From the NCBI GenBank assembly GCA_043228905.1, contig JBHGNT010000020.1, positions 8,804,001-8,868,000 on the forward strand: 64,000 nt of DNA. The letters run 5' to 3'. Within the stretch, counting starts at the first letter, position 1. Each line of letters starts with the position of its first letter. The translations under genes were made by a program, and so were the position numbers. Under the pieces are notes generated by a model, which had not been told where the DNA came from, searched no databases, and worked only from the letters and a program-made list of their open reading frames with translations. Of this stretch, positions 37,197-48,462 are shown in pieces. The DNA comes from Azolla caroliniana. Taxonomy: Eukaryota; Plantae; Polypodiophyta.

Positions 37197-37325
37197 TATA
37201 TTTGAGTGTATATTTACTTTATAGAGTGTATTTTTTTGGACATAGGGGTAGTTTGGTAAATTTGAAACTTCCAAGGGCATTCTGGTAAATAGACAAACTT
37301 CCAGGGGTATCCTGGTACTTTTCCC
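37197..37325 (-). mobile_element. Candidate Mutator terminal inverted repeat
   Basis: Minus strand begins GGGAAAAGTACCAGGATACCCCTGGAAGTTT with internal TACCA...CCC..GGAAGTTT subrepeats. Lies upstream of the transposase; flanked by TTAAAATTA. The partner TIR was not found in this window. Confidence 0.65.
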
Positions 37326-37334
37326 TTAAAATTA

Positions 37335-37800
37335 TTCAGAGTACCATCATTGGAGCTGAATTGTGATAAGCAATCTTGTACAAATCTAGCGCGAAATCCA
37401 AAGATGAGCGACAATATTTGACATGTCTCCTTTAAGAATCATTTCTTACGAGACTTAATCGAGGATAAAAAGATAGAATTAAAGTTCACACCATCAACCT
37501 CGATGTGGGCCGATTTTAAGACAAAAGCACAACACATTGTATTGCAAGGAAATAGGATCTCTAAATATTTCTAAATTCAAAGAATAAAGCATGATGCTTT
37601 GATTATTTGATTAGGTGGGAGTGTTAAATTAGAGAATAATAAACAATAATGTATATGGTCTCTCATCTAGGAGACACGTGAAGAGACATAGTGTCTCATG
37701 GGAAAGCCCACGGTTGGCAACTACTTGTTGTATCGTTGTACATTTTGTTTCATTAGAATCGAATCAATACGTTAAGTCTATACAAATCTGTTACACTATA
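37335..37800 (+). mobile_element. Old Copia remnant (RNase H end, PPT, LTR start)
   Basis: ARNPKMS...HFLRDLIEDKKIELKFTPSTSMWADFKTK, then AGGTGGGAG|TGTTA. Duplicated at ~41989-42455. Confidence 0.7.
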
Positions 37801-37877
37801 TTCTATTCCTATACTTCTACATTTTAATATGTACATCATCATATGTCTTCATTAATCCTAAAAGAATTTGATGGAGG

Positions 37878-38138
37878 TTATGCATGGGTGGTTGGGCTGA
37901 AGAGGTTGGCGATGGCCGAGGAGCGGAGCACAGAGAGGGCATCGGGTGACACAAGGCAGCGTGGAGTTTTGTACTGTGTGATCGTGGCGCCACTCAACAT
38001 GAAGCGGTCTACGAGGCGCGAGAAAGTGCCGCGTTGCACAATGCACAACTCCAAGGCACCGATTGTCCCCATTTTCCTTGACGTGACATACCCTGCCTCC
38101 ACAAATCAGCGGTCCATCAATGCGGCGCAATCCACCAA
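37878..38138 (-). pseudogene. Duplicated 3' end of the GH3 gene
   Basis: 37197-38138 duplicates 41851-42792; EAGYVTSRKMGTIGALEL...QYKTPRC. Confidence 0.95.
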
Positions 38139-39212
38139 TGAAATGGATGTGGTAGAGACAGATGTTCTCAAGTCATATTTTGGAGAGTATTCTCCTTTTG
38201 CAAAAGCATACAAATCACAAGGGGGTAAAGATATTTTCTTTCATGATGTCACAATATTTCTCTTGGAAGTGGCTTGTGTAAGCCCAAGATCTTACTGCAT
38301 GCCCAAGCAAAGGGCAAGATTCATTATAGCAACGTATGACGTATAGGAAATCGACTGGGGGTACATTACTGGAATTGCGCTTCGAGAACAGTTGCATGGA
38401 GTTAGGAAAGGGAAACCCATGAAACCGATTTTTGCACAATGGTTAACTATATTATGCCCAATGCCAGTACACACTAAGGGACGTAAGACCTCGAAAAGGG
38501 AAAAGGGGCAGTCTTCACAGGCATTGCCACAACAATCGGCAATAAGAATAATATTGACATGACCACAAGAAGTGTGACAAGAAAACCAGGCAACAACTGA
38601 CAACTGAGGAAGCAAGGGCTCAACAACAACCAGCCACTAATCAAGAACGAATCCCTACTACGCAACCAGAATGAAGTAGAACACAAGAGGAAAATACGAC
38701 ATCCTCACCACCCCATCCTAAAGAAAAGAGTTGGTTAGCTTCGCAACAAGCTGACAGAGAACAACAAAACTAGGAAACAAGCCGACCGAGAAAAAAGAAT
38801 TGTTTTGGAAAGAAGCAGTCGACCGGCCAAGAGCAACAAGGAGAAGGAACAACAACTAATGTCGAATCAATCGACTATGTTCAGAGGGGTACTATGGAAA
38901 AAGGCAAAGCATTGGAAATATCCCCAAATGAAGTGTTAGCTATACCCGACATACCACCACCAAGTCATGAAATAACGACCATATTATGATTTGGCACATC
39001 TTACGAGCTTGTGGATTGGTTAACTAAACACTTGCAATTCACTTCGTATCAATTGGCGCAGGAACACAAGGACCGGGAAATGATCCAATGCGCACTATTA
39101 GGCGAAACAGAGCCTAAGGACGAGCAAGAGCTGTAGAGAATCGGCTGACAACAGGATCTCAGGAATAAAGGGGCGGTTATTCAAATGCCTCCTATGCATA
39201 TAGCTTTGGTCA
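38139..39212 (+). pseudogene. Gypsy accessory-ORF homolog fragment (longest copy)
   Basis: YFGEYSPFAKAYKSQGG...RARFIIATY...AQWLTILCP aligns without gaps to ORF3 at ~20904-21210. Confidence 0.75.
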
Positions 39213-41222
39213 TAACAGATAAAGGGATAGACTCTAACATGTATCGATGTGTACGGTTTCCCTGTTCCGCAAAAAGTATGGTTTTGTAGTTAGGTGCAAA
39301 ATCTATCGTATAATGTGTGAAGCGTGAGCCTGCACATTTGTTCCTTGTCATGACACATTGGCATTGCAAAAAGGCCTCACTTATAGAGGAATCTAGTGAT
39401 GCATCATGAAGCAAGTGTCTCAAATCCCATCTACCAAACCATTTTTCATTATCTTGCATCCAACCGGAACACAAAATTTTGCTTTTATGCGTCTTTTGGA
39501 TCTTTTTGCTTGCTTCCCATGCAAATCTAGGAAGTCGATGTGAGGGACTTTTTTGAGCCTTAAGCATGTATTCAACAACCCTTTCCATGGCCATGATCTC
39601 AATGGGAAGCGAGCCAGTCTCAAGGAGGAGGAGGGTGTAGGGCGTTTGTTTCTTAACTTGTAGAAACTTTGTAAGAAAATGTCTATGGACCTTTTCAAAC
39701 TCTTTCCACGTAGATTTTGGGATGCTATGGCCCCATACTTCCACCCCATAGAGAAGGACCGATGTCACCAAAGTGTCGAAAAGATATTTCTTGAGGACCA
39801 ACACTTAATATCTCCAAGATTGCATGTGTTGTCAAATGCATAGTATGCTCGCTTACCCGCCTCTAAGCGGTGTGTAGCACATTCATTCCATCTATCATTT
39901 GCAAGAACTTCAAGGCCAAGATATTTGAAGCTTTTCACATATTCAAGTGGCTCACTATTGTACATAATGCATGGTTTATCTCTTCTTTTTTTTCACAAGC
40001 ATAATCTTTGTTTTAGAGCTATTGACAATTAATTTACGATGCATGCAAAAAATTTCCAATGACTTCATAAGATTTTGTGCATTTCCTAAAGTATTTGCAA
40101 AAAACACTACATCATCTGCATATAGCAAAAGCATAATCACAACATTCCTAATGACAACTTCTTCAACACATTCTTCCTGTGCAAACTTGGTAACCATTTC
40201 TTCCAATTCATCAATGCATAGACCAAATAGTGTTGGTAAGAGTGGGCATCCTTGCTTAACACCAATAGTGCTATTGAAAAAATTTGAAAGTCTATATCTC
40301 ATACACACACAACATATAACCTTCTCATAAATTCGAGAAATTGCAAGCATATATTCACTTGGCACTTCAAGTTCTTCCATTCACCTCCAAAGATGCTCAC
40401 GAGGTACCATATCAAAAGCTTTCTTGAAGTCTACAAAGCAACAATATAAACCTTTACATTTAAGGTGACTTTCCTCTATTAATACTCAAAGGGTGAAAAG
40501 GTGATCAATGGTATTATGGTGTTTTCGAAAGCCAGCTTGTCCATAAGCTCTCTTACCATTTTTGTCAGCAAATACACTTATCTTTGATTCATTATACATC
40601 CAAATAGTTTTGCCATTAATGAGGCAACCATCATGGTACGATAGTTGTTTACATTGTTTACATCTCCACCTTTATGTAAAGGTTTGATCCAATTTGTAGT
40701 CCAATTATACGGCATACCATGTTGCAATGCATCATTAAACATATCACTTATCCATACATATGTTTCCTTTCACGTCCATTTGAGCATTTTAGCCTTTATA
40801 CATTGAAGATCACTTGCCTTTCGAGAGGCCAATTTCTTAAGTCCTATGCATAAAAGAAAGGAGACATATGTGAAAGAGAACCATAACAAATCATCTTTCC
40901 GGCAAGAGATAATTCATATAAATTCATACAATGCATAGACAAGTCATGAAGAGTTAAGTCACCATAACTCTCAACATGTTTCCCCTTTAGATTTCCCCAA
41001 AATTTATCACATGCATATGCTTTCTCTTGCGTTTGGATAAATTGTTGAGTAACTTCCCATATTGTTCTCTTTCTCTGAATAAGCCATTTATACTCATCCA
41101 AATGCTTTTGGTAATTTTCTTTATCCTTAACTATATCCAAAACCATAAGGCACTTTCGAGCTTCACGACATTTTTTATCAAACCATTTTTTCCTAAATTT
41201 CTTGGTGCATTTCCCCTTATCA
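39213..41222 (-). pseudogene. LINE RT fragment, module copy 3
   Basis: Paralog of 7019-9025 and 29001-31015. Confidence 0.9.
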
Positions 41223-41850
41223 AAACTACAACGCATGTACCATAACAGGATCCCAATTCCCATTGGGTTGGGGGCAACGATTGCATATAATGGAAGCCCG
41301 AATTGGTTTGTTTTAAATGTCAAGTTGATTGCCCAAGAGTTGTTTAGGGTCAACCGCTCACACATTTCCAACATCCATTGTTTAGTCCATTGTTTAGGGT
41401 CCACCGCTCACACACATCAAATAGGTCATCTTTGCAACAACTTATGACATTGGGGTGTGCTGGCAAATGGTACACATCTTCTTCATCTTCTTCTTCTTCA
41501 AAGAAAACCCCTTCTTTCAACCTCACAATGCATTACTTGGCCTTCATTGATTGATCTTGAGTTGCAACATGATTTGAGAATGCTTATAAATGTAACAATA
41601 TTAAGGAAGATACCATTACATTGCATCTTTTCAAAGCATTCAACTGCTTCTTCAGATTTTCCATATGTAACTTCTCACCCATTCTTCTCAACATAGAGCT
41701 ACAATTCTCAAGCTTAGATCTTCTTTGACCCATTTGATTCATTTCCTCTTCTTTCCTTTTTAAGGCCTCAATGCATCTAAGAAGAGAATTTTTAGATCTT
41801 CTCAGGTAAGGTTCATAACCAATTGTATGTGGTGAGAAGCTATGTATAAC

Positions 41851-41979
41851 TATATTTGAGTGTATATTTACTTTATAGAGTGTATTTTTTTGGACATAGG
41901 GGTAGTTTGGTAAATTTGAAACTTCCAAAGGCATTCTGGTAAATAGACAAACTTCCAGGGGTATCCTGGTACTTTTCCC
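41851..41979 (-). mobile_element. Candidate Mutator TIR, second (direct) copy
   Basis: Same as 37197-37325, with the same flank. Confidence 0.65.
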
Positions 41980-42531
41980 TTAAAATTATTCAGAGTACCA
42001 TCATTGGAGCTGAATTGTGATAAGCAATCTTGTACAAATCTAGCGCGAAATCCAAAGATGAGCGACAATATTTGACATGTCTCCTTTAAGAATCATTTCT
42101 TACGAGACTTAATCGAGGATAAAAAGATAGAATTAAAGTTCACACCATCAACCTCGATGTGGGCCGATTTTAAGACAAAAGCACAACATATTGTATTGCA
42201 AGGAAATAGGATCTCTAAATATTTCTAAATTCAAAGAATAAAGCATGATGCTTTGATTATTTGATTAGGTGGGAGTGTTAAATTAGAGAATAATAAACAA
42301 TAATGTATATGGTCTCTCATCTAGGAGACACGTGAAGAGACATAGTGTCTCATGGGAAAGCCCACGGTTGGCAACTACTTGTTGTATCGTTGTACATTTT
42401 GTTTCATTAGAATCGAATCAATACGTTAAGTCTATACAAATCTGTTACACTATATTCTATTCCTATACTTCTACATTTTAATATGTACATCATCATATGT
42501 CTTCATTAATCCTAAAAGAATTTGATGGAGG

Positions 42532-44781
42532 TTATGCATGGGTGGTTGGGCTGAAGAGGTTGGCGATGGCCGAGGAGCGGAGCACAGAGAGGGCATCGGG
42601 TGACACAAGGCAGCGTGGAGTTTTGTACTGTGTGATCGTGGCGCCACTCAACATGAAGCGGTCTACGAGGCGCGAGAAAGTGCCGCGTTGCACAATGCAC
42701 AACTCCAAGGCACCGATTGTCCCCATTTTCCTTGACGTGACATACCCTGCCTCCACAAATGAGCGGTCCATCAATGCGGCGCAATCCGCCAACACGTCTG
42801 CTTGCGATATGACCCGTTGAGCTCCCATAATTGCCAGCTCGTGGTGGCTCGTGCCGTCGTATGCATGCACCTTCTTAGATGATTTTGCACATTTGTCCGC
42901 CTCGGTCGGCACTACTTCGGGCTCTCCTCCTTGAACCTCCCAGAAGACCACGTAGTGACCCGGCGTGGTCGTTCTGTCCGCGTAGCTCGTATAGTCCACC
43001 AGCTCCATGGTGCTCCTGCTCGCCTCCGCCAACTGCTTCGCCGCCCGGTCCACGACAGCTTTCAGGTCTTTCTCGGTGATCTTGTCGATGTTGAGACTGA
43101 GCATCACATTCTTCCGACAAACATACGCCACTTGTGGAGCATTGTTATAGAACCCGGTGACTCGCACGATGTCACCGAGACGGTACCTGTAGAGTCCCCA
43201 AGCCGTGGTCATGACGATTTCGTATTCTTGCCCAACTTTCACGTCGGTAAGTCCGACTGGCACTCCTTCGTCGTATGCCGCCAGGGCTGCACCCCCGCCA
43301 TTCGACATGTCGTTGATATGAGTGGATCGCGTCCTGCTCAAGGGAATGAACTCGAAGAATGCGAGCGTGGGCAAGATTGTGAAGGAGACATCGGTAGGTG
43401 TCGAAGTCGGGCCAATATTGACACCGATCCAGCCTTCAGTGGCGGCGTAGTCAGCGGACACGAGGGGTACGGCCCCGCCCGTGTAAAACTCGAGCTTCTC
43501 GACATACACCTCCATGGCACCGGTGAGGATGGACAGCACGTACTTGCAGCGCGGCCACAGGATGCGTACCGCGCCCTTCCAAGCACCGCCGGAGCCGAGA
43601 GCACGTTTCGAGGTCAAGCTGCGGCACTTGCTGGCGATCAAGTCCGCGAGCACGGGATTCGGTTTACGGAGGAGGATGTGGTCTTCCATAGCCGCCCGGA
43701 GGGTCGGGTCGGTGATCTTCTCGTTGAGCTCACCGGTGCGGATATCGTGGCAAAGGCTGCGCCACTCGGTCTCGAGTGTCCGGAGGGCTTCCACGAGTGT
43801 GAACGCGAAGGGGGCGCTGAGGACTTGGACCTCGTGCGCGTGGAAGAGGCCACACAGGAGGTGGCAGTACATGGATTGCCGGCAGTCGGGTGCGAGGATC
43901 ACGTCTTGGGGACTACACGATTGGAAACCGCTCTTTTGCTGCCTCATCCGGAATGCATCGGCACGGATCATGTGAGTGGTCGCAGTCCCGGCCTTCAAGC
44001 CGCCTTTGGTTGTCGAGAATTTCCCGCAGAAGAGGAATTCCAGGATCCGGGATCCTCCGTCCACCGGATAAATCCTGCAGATCACATCACAGATCACACC
44101 ATTAATATCTGATGAATTGAATTAGGCATTTTGAAATAGTTTTGAAACAGCAGTGAGTGAGTGAGTGAGTAGTTAATCAGGTACCGGTGCAGGTACTAAA
44201 GATTGGTTTTTAAACTTAATTTAACAAAAAAAAGTAATGATTGGAACAGGAGCTCACCCTTCTCGAAATGCTGCAGCAATGCTGGCTACCTCCAGAGTTC
44301 CTTCCTTGAGTCCTTCGTGATACAGAAGATACTTGGCTCTGGTATCAGTCGTGCCAGAGCTCAGACACAGGCCTTGGACAGGGGCTGCCGTGAGGAGGCC
44401 CCCTGGTGGCGATCCTTGGTTCCCATGCTCCGCGATCCTTTCAATGAATGGCATGATATCGGGGTGAGTAATGAGAGGAACGGTCTTCTTGAATCCATCA
44501 ATGTAATCGGTGGCGCCGCCGCCTACTACTTCAGATGCTGAGCCGATCGATGATGATGATAATGCTTCGATCCCTTGGAATTGTTGCAGATATTCGCAGC
44601 ACGCATTGTCTCGGATGATGGAGCGGAGCAAATCCGATTGAATCTCGGCTGCGTTCCTCGTGATATCTTCGAATCGATCGAGGACGGGCTGGAATCGATT
44701 GGTCTTATGGAATGGCGAGACGGGATCCGAATGAGAATTGGGAGAGAAAGAAGAAGAAGAAGAAAGTGGGCGGCCCGGCAT
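42532..44781 (-). CDS. GH3: GH3 acyl-acid amido synthetase, group I (JAR1/GH3.10-like); join(44781..44258, 44074..42532), 688 aa
   Basis: LSSGTT P-loop, ADYAATEGWIGVN, GLYRYRLGD, PGHYVVFWE, QYKTPRC. A phase-2 GT-AG intron joins the two ORFs in frame (524+1543 = 2067 nt). The start codon choice is inferred. Confidence 0.93.
44075..44257 (-). other. GH3 intron
   Basis: GG|GTGAG donor, CTGCAG|G acceptor, AT-rich. Confidence 0.85.
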
Positions 44782-44959
44782 GGTGATGAAGGCGATTTGG
44801 GAATTTCGATCGTCGATTGCGATTCAAAAGTGATGAGGAAGGCGATCAGGAGATCAAATGAGGTTACAATGAGAGGCCGATTTGGGGCTTGATTGAGTGA
44901 GTGAGTGAGTTGAGTGATGAGCATTAGCCACTCTGATTTGATCTGATCTGCTGCTACTG

Positions 44960-44967
44960 TATTTATA
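44960..44967 (-). promoter_or_regulatory. Putative GH3 TATA box
   Basis: CCTATAAATA on the minus strand, ~180 nt upstream of the ATG. Confidence 0.6.
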
Positions 44968-46914
44968 GGCGGGCGGAACTCCTTTCCTTTTCCTTTTCCT
45001 TTTCCTTTCCCGCGTTGTCACCATCACTTCTTACTTCTTACTTTCTTTTCTGCGTTGTGCTGCAGTGTTTGGGGGGAACTAACCGTCAACGCCCTTCTTT
45101 CCTCCTCAAAAGCGTTTGTGTTGGCCAGTTCCACCTTCCTTTCTTTCTTCATCAAAAACCCACTCTCTCTCTCTCTCTCTCTCTTTGTCGCCTCTACATT
45201 CTTTTTCCCCCTTTATATACATATCAATATGTATTTGTATCATGTATGTATAGTGAGTGCTAAAGCTACATATATCAATATGTCTTATACATTATGATAT
45301 ATGTACATACATATGTATTATTAGCTTTGTACTTGCCACCCTCTCGCCAACAAGCAAGGTGTGCGCGCGAACTCAATCCTTAGCTACACTTGTCCCTCTA
45401 ACTTTATCTTCAAATAATTAGGCCTGCGTAATGTCAAAGAATTGATAATAGAATTTAGAGGCAATCAACCTTTGACTAGACTTCACTTAAACCTATTGTG
45501 GATTCCATGCTCCTTCTATGCCACCTAGATGAGCATAGACTCACACTATGAAGTAATGTAAAACGTTTCTACTAAGAAATCATAATGTATGGATTTGAAT
45601 GCAGTCTCCATTGAAGGCATAGCTAGTTGTCGAAAAACTAAAAATGGCTTAAAAGCGACTCGCATGTACATAGTCTCACATTGTGCATGGACCTTAATCT
45701 TGCTCCTACATCTTTGGTTACTGTTAAGAATCTCTCACTAATCAATAAACCAAATAAAAGTAAAAGAAAGGTGAATATATATATTGGATAGAAGAACCCA
45801 ATCCTACCAATCATCGTTGGGCTATGACCAAGACATAACCAACCTACCGTCGACGTTCCATATCGACTAATATTAGGATGACGAGTACCTTGGAAGAGGT
45901 AACACAATCGTCATGAAGAACGCCTAGCTCATACCACTAGTGTCTCAAGATTTCAGCCTTCCAATGTAATGTGTTTTATGAGGATAGTTAGATCTCACAT
46001 CTATTCTTCTTCTTAGGCCCCTTGAATAGACGTGCTTTTCTAAAAGACTCTCATTCATGGTTTGTCAAGATCATGATAATCCATACACCTATCATTCTCT
46101 TTATCTAATCATATTAGTCCCTTTCTAACATTTGTGAATATAGCCTTCACTTATGTTCTGTAAATATTAGTACCTACTCTTAACTACATAATAGTTAGCA
46201 ACTAATCATCATTTAAAATTTGTGATTTTGATGGAAATATCTTAATTTCATATTTTTCGTATAATCCATCATTTTCAATCCATTGGAGTCTTGCATTTGT
46301 TTTACTAATATATATACTCGCATGCTACCTCAAGCAAGTGAAGTATGATTAATTTTAGGAGTACTACTAGTCGTGATTTTCTCTAAATATTGAATGAGTG
46401 TAACAAGAAATCATTTTAAAATAAGTGCTACAAACCGAAAATAATATAGACATCCAAGGAAAAGAAAAGAAAGAAATGATATATCAGCACCACTAATCAA
46501 GAAATTCGAAAGTTTGGGCATTATCACAAGATCGTTGAAACTTCCAATAGTCAAGTTTTCTAATTTCCTAGGACACAATAAAGTTGGGACAAATTTTGGT
46601 ATTTTTTACCAAATTTCTGGCATTTCGACAAGTTAGTTTGACACATGTTTGCTTTGTAGATTTCCAACCCTTGATTAAAAGTGTTGGAAATTCATACACT
46701 TTTTACAATTTCAAAACTTCCCATAGGAAACGAGGCTTAGGAAAATTCTGTCATCAATGAAGTGTTGAAACTTTTTACGAGGCACAAGCACCATATCGCA
46801 TTGGAGATTATCACCCACCAAAATGACCAAATAAACCTTCATGTGCAAAAGTGTAAGGTGGAAAGTATTGCCTCTACAGTCAATATGGATAGGAGGTATT
46901 CATCATTGATTTGT

Positions 46915-47615
46915 TACACGTGTGCATTTTATGTGTTTAAGGTCAAGTTAGTCTCGGATTATTGTATTGTTCATACCTCTCCCCCATATGTACATGTCCC
47001 CATTTAACTGGTATTCCTTTGTATATGAAGAATGTGTAAAATTTTGCCTAGAACCTAGGCTAACATATGATGACCTCATACCTAACATATGGGAACTAGT
47101 GAAGAATGGTATTAATCCCTTCATGAAGCTACGAAAGCTAATGATAATCTTAATTAAGATGTAATTAATAAAACACATGATCCTAGCCTCTTTCATAGAA
47201 AATGTGGCCAATCTAGCATAAGACTCCAATCTAACATTGGTAATGAACACATAAACATGAGCCTTTCTTGAATGATCAATGATGTGATAATCTAACAACC
47301 TAATCAAACGTTTTCATTCGATCAAAGATTCTCACCAAGGTGATGATAAAATGAGGTAGTTTGCATATTTATATCTTGAGTCAAAGACCCCTTGATCACC
47401 ACTTACATGCTTACGTGTGGCAAACCAGGGTAGTTATCCTTCTTGATTTATATATTTATTTATGATAGACTATTCCCATTTGGACCTAAAGCTATGTCCG
47501 TAACAAATAATTATTGAATTCATGCCATGAACTTTGAACCCAAGCTTGAACTTGCCCACAACTAAAAATTGTTTGGTTACCATGTCTTAGATATTAAACA
47601 ATGAATGTCATGGTT
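46915..47615 (+). repeat. AT-rich segment X carrying the empty Gypsy-A target site
   Basis: Matches 2568-3287 and 54783-55502. Here GTTAC-ACGT-GTGC has no LTR. Confidence 0.9.
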
Positions 47616-47721
47616 GTTCAACCACCGGATTGGACCAAAGACTTTCATGTCTTTATCGATGCGTCGGATATAACAATTGGGAGTGCATTAATGCAATTAT
47701 TAGAAACCAATTTGTATTGAT
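47612..47721 (+). pseudogene. 110-bp Gypsy-B-related RT/RNase H fragment
   Basis: VVQPPDWTKDFHVFIDASDITIGSALMQL versus VVQPPDWSKSFHVFVDASDVAIGSVLMQL at ~18338. Also at 57024-57133 and 61111-61220. Confidence 0.8.
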
Positions 47722-47967
47722 TGACGGGAACTGGTCGTTCCTTATGCCCAACGCTCGGTCACAACCGAGCTTAGAATGATACACAGAAAACGGGAAATAA
47801 AATGCGACACAAAGAAGAGACGAGGTACACAGGAGGTTTACGTGGAAAACCCCAAACTAGGGGAAAAAAAACCACGGCAGCCCACAGGCTACAAACTATC
47901 ACTATGATGGAATGTACAACCATGAGTTCACTGAGGCACCGACCTCGTGCTCACAAATCTTCGCCAC
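47722..47967 (-). repeat. Copia LTR fragment (TGACGGG subtype) fused to Gypsy-A LTR
   Basis: Matches 57134-57380, then switches to Gypsy-A LTR sequence. Confidence 0.88.
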
Positions 47968-48462
47968 CAGATTGCGGTCAGATGCCGTCGGATCACCGGC
48001 TCCATCGCCGGTCCAGTTTTGGTTGGCCAATACCCTTTTCGAGTAGCTAGCCACCTCCACTCTAAGTTCAAGTTACCTTGAACTCTCTATGCTCCACACA
48101 TAGACACAAAGATAATATCTTTTGCTCCACCGTATATATGATGAGAGCCGTATTTGTCGTGCCTATGTGGGATATCTCACAATTTTCTCTTTTCTTTTCA
48201 CAAACTTTATACCCTCATATCTTGACATTTAGTTGTCTATTTCTCGTGTAATAAAGTGCATTCGAAACCTCCATCATTTTGTACTTAGATATTAAAAATG
48301 TTATCTTCACAATTACTGTATTACGTGATTCATACTCGATTTTGTACGTTTTATGGGATTTTCACACTATTGCCGAAAATCTTCACGACATCCACCCCCA
48401 CCAAACCGCACGTCCTCCGGTACGTGCCAAGAAGAGAAGAAGTGAGATTTCGGCTACGATGA

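Noticed and set aside
37843-38346. Novel 167-aa gene
   Set aside because: It is a chance fusion of antisense GH3 sequence and the accessory-ORF fragment across a junction.
42931-44112. 393-aa antisense ORF over GH3
   Set aside because: It is a shadow ORF of a GC-rich CDS with no recognisable motifs.
45941-45946. Auxin response element TGTCTC upstream of GH3
   Set aside because: A single hexamer over 1 kb upstream is expected by chance.
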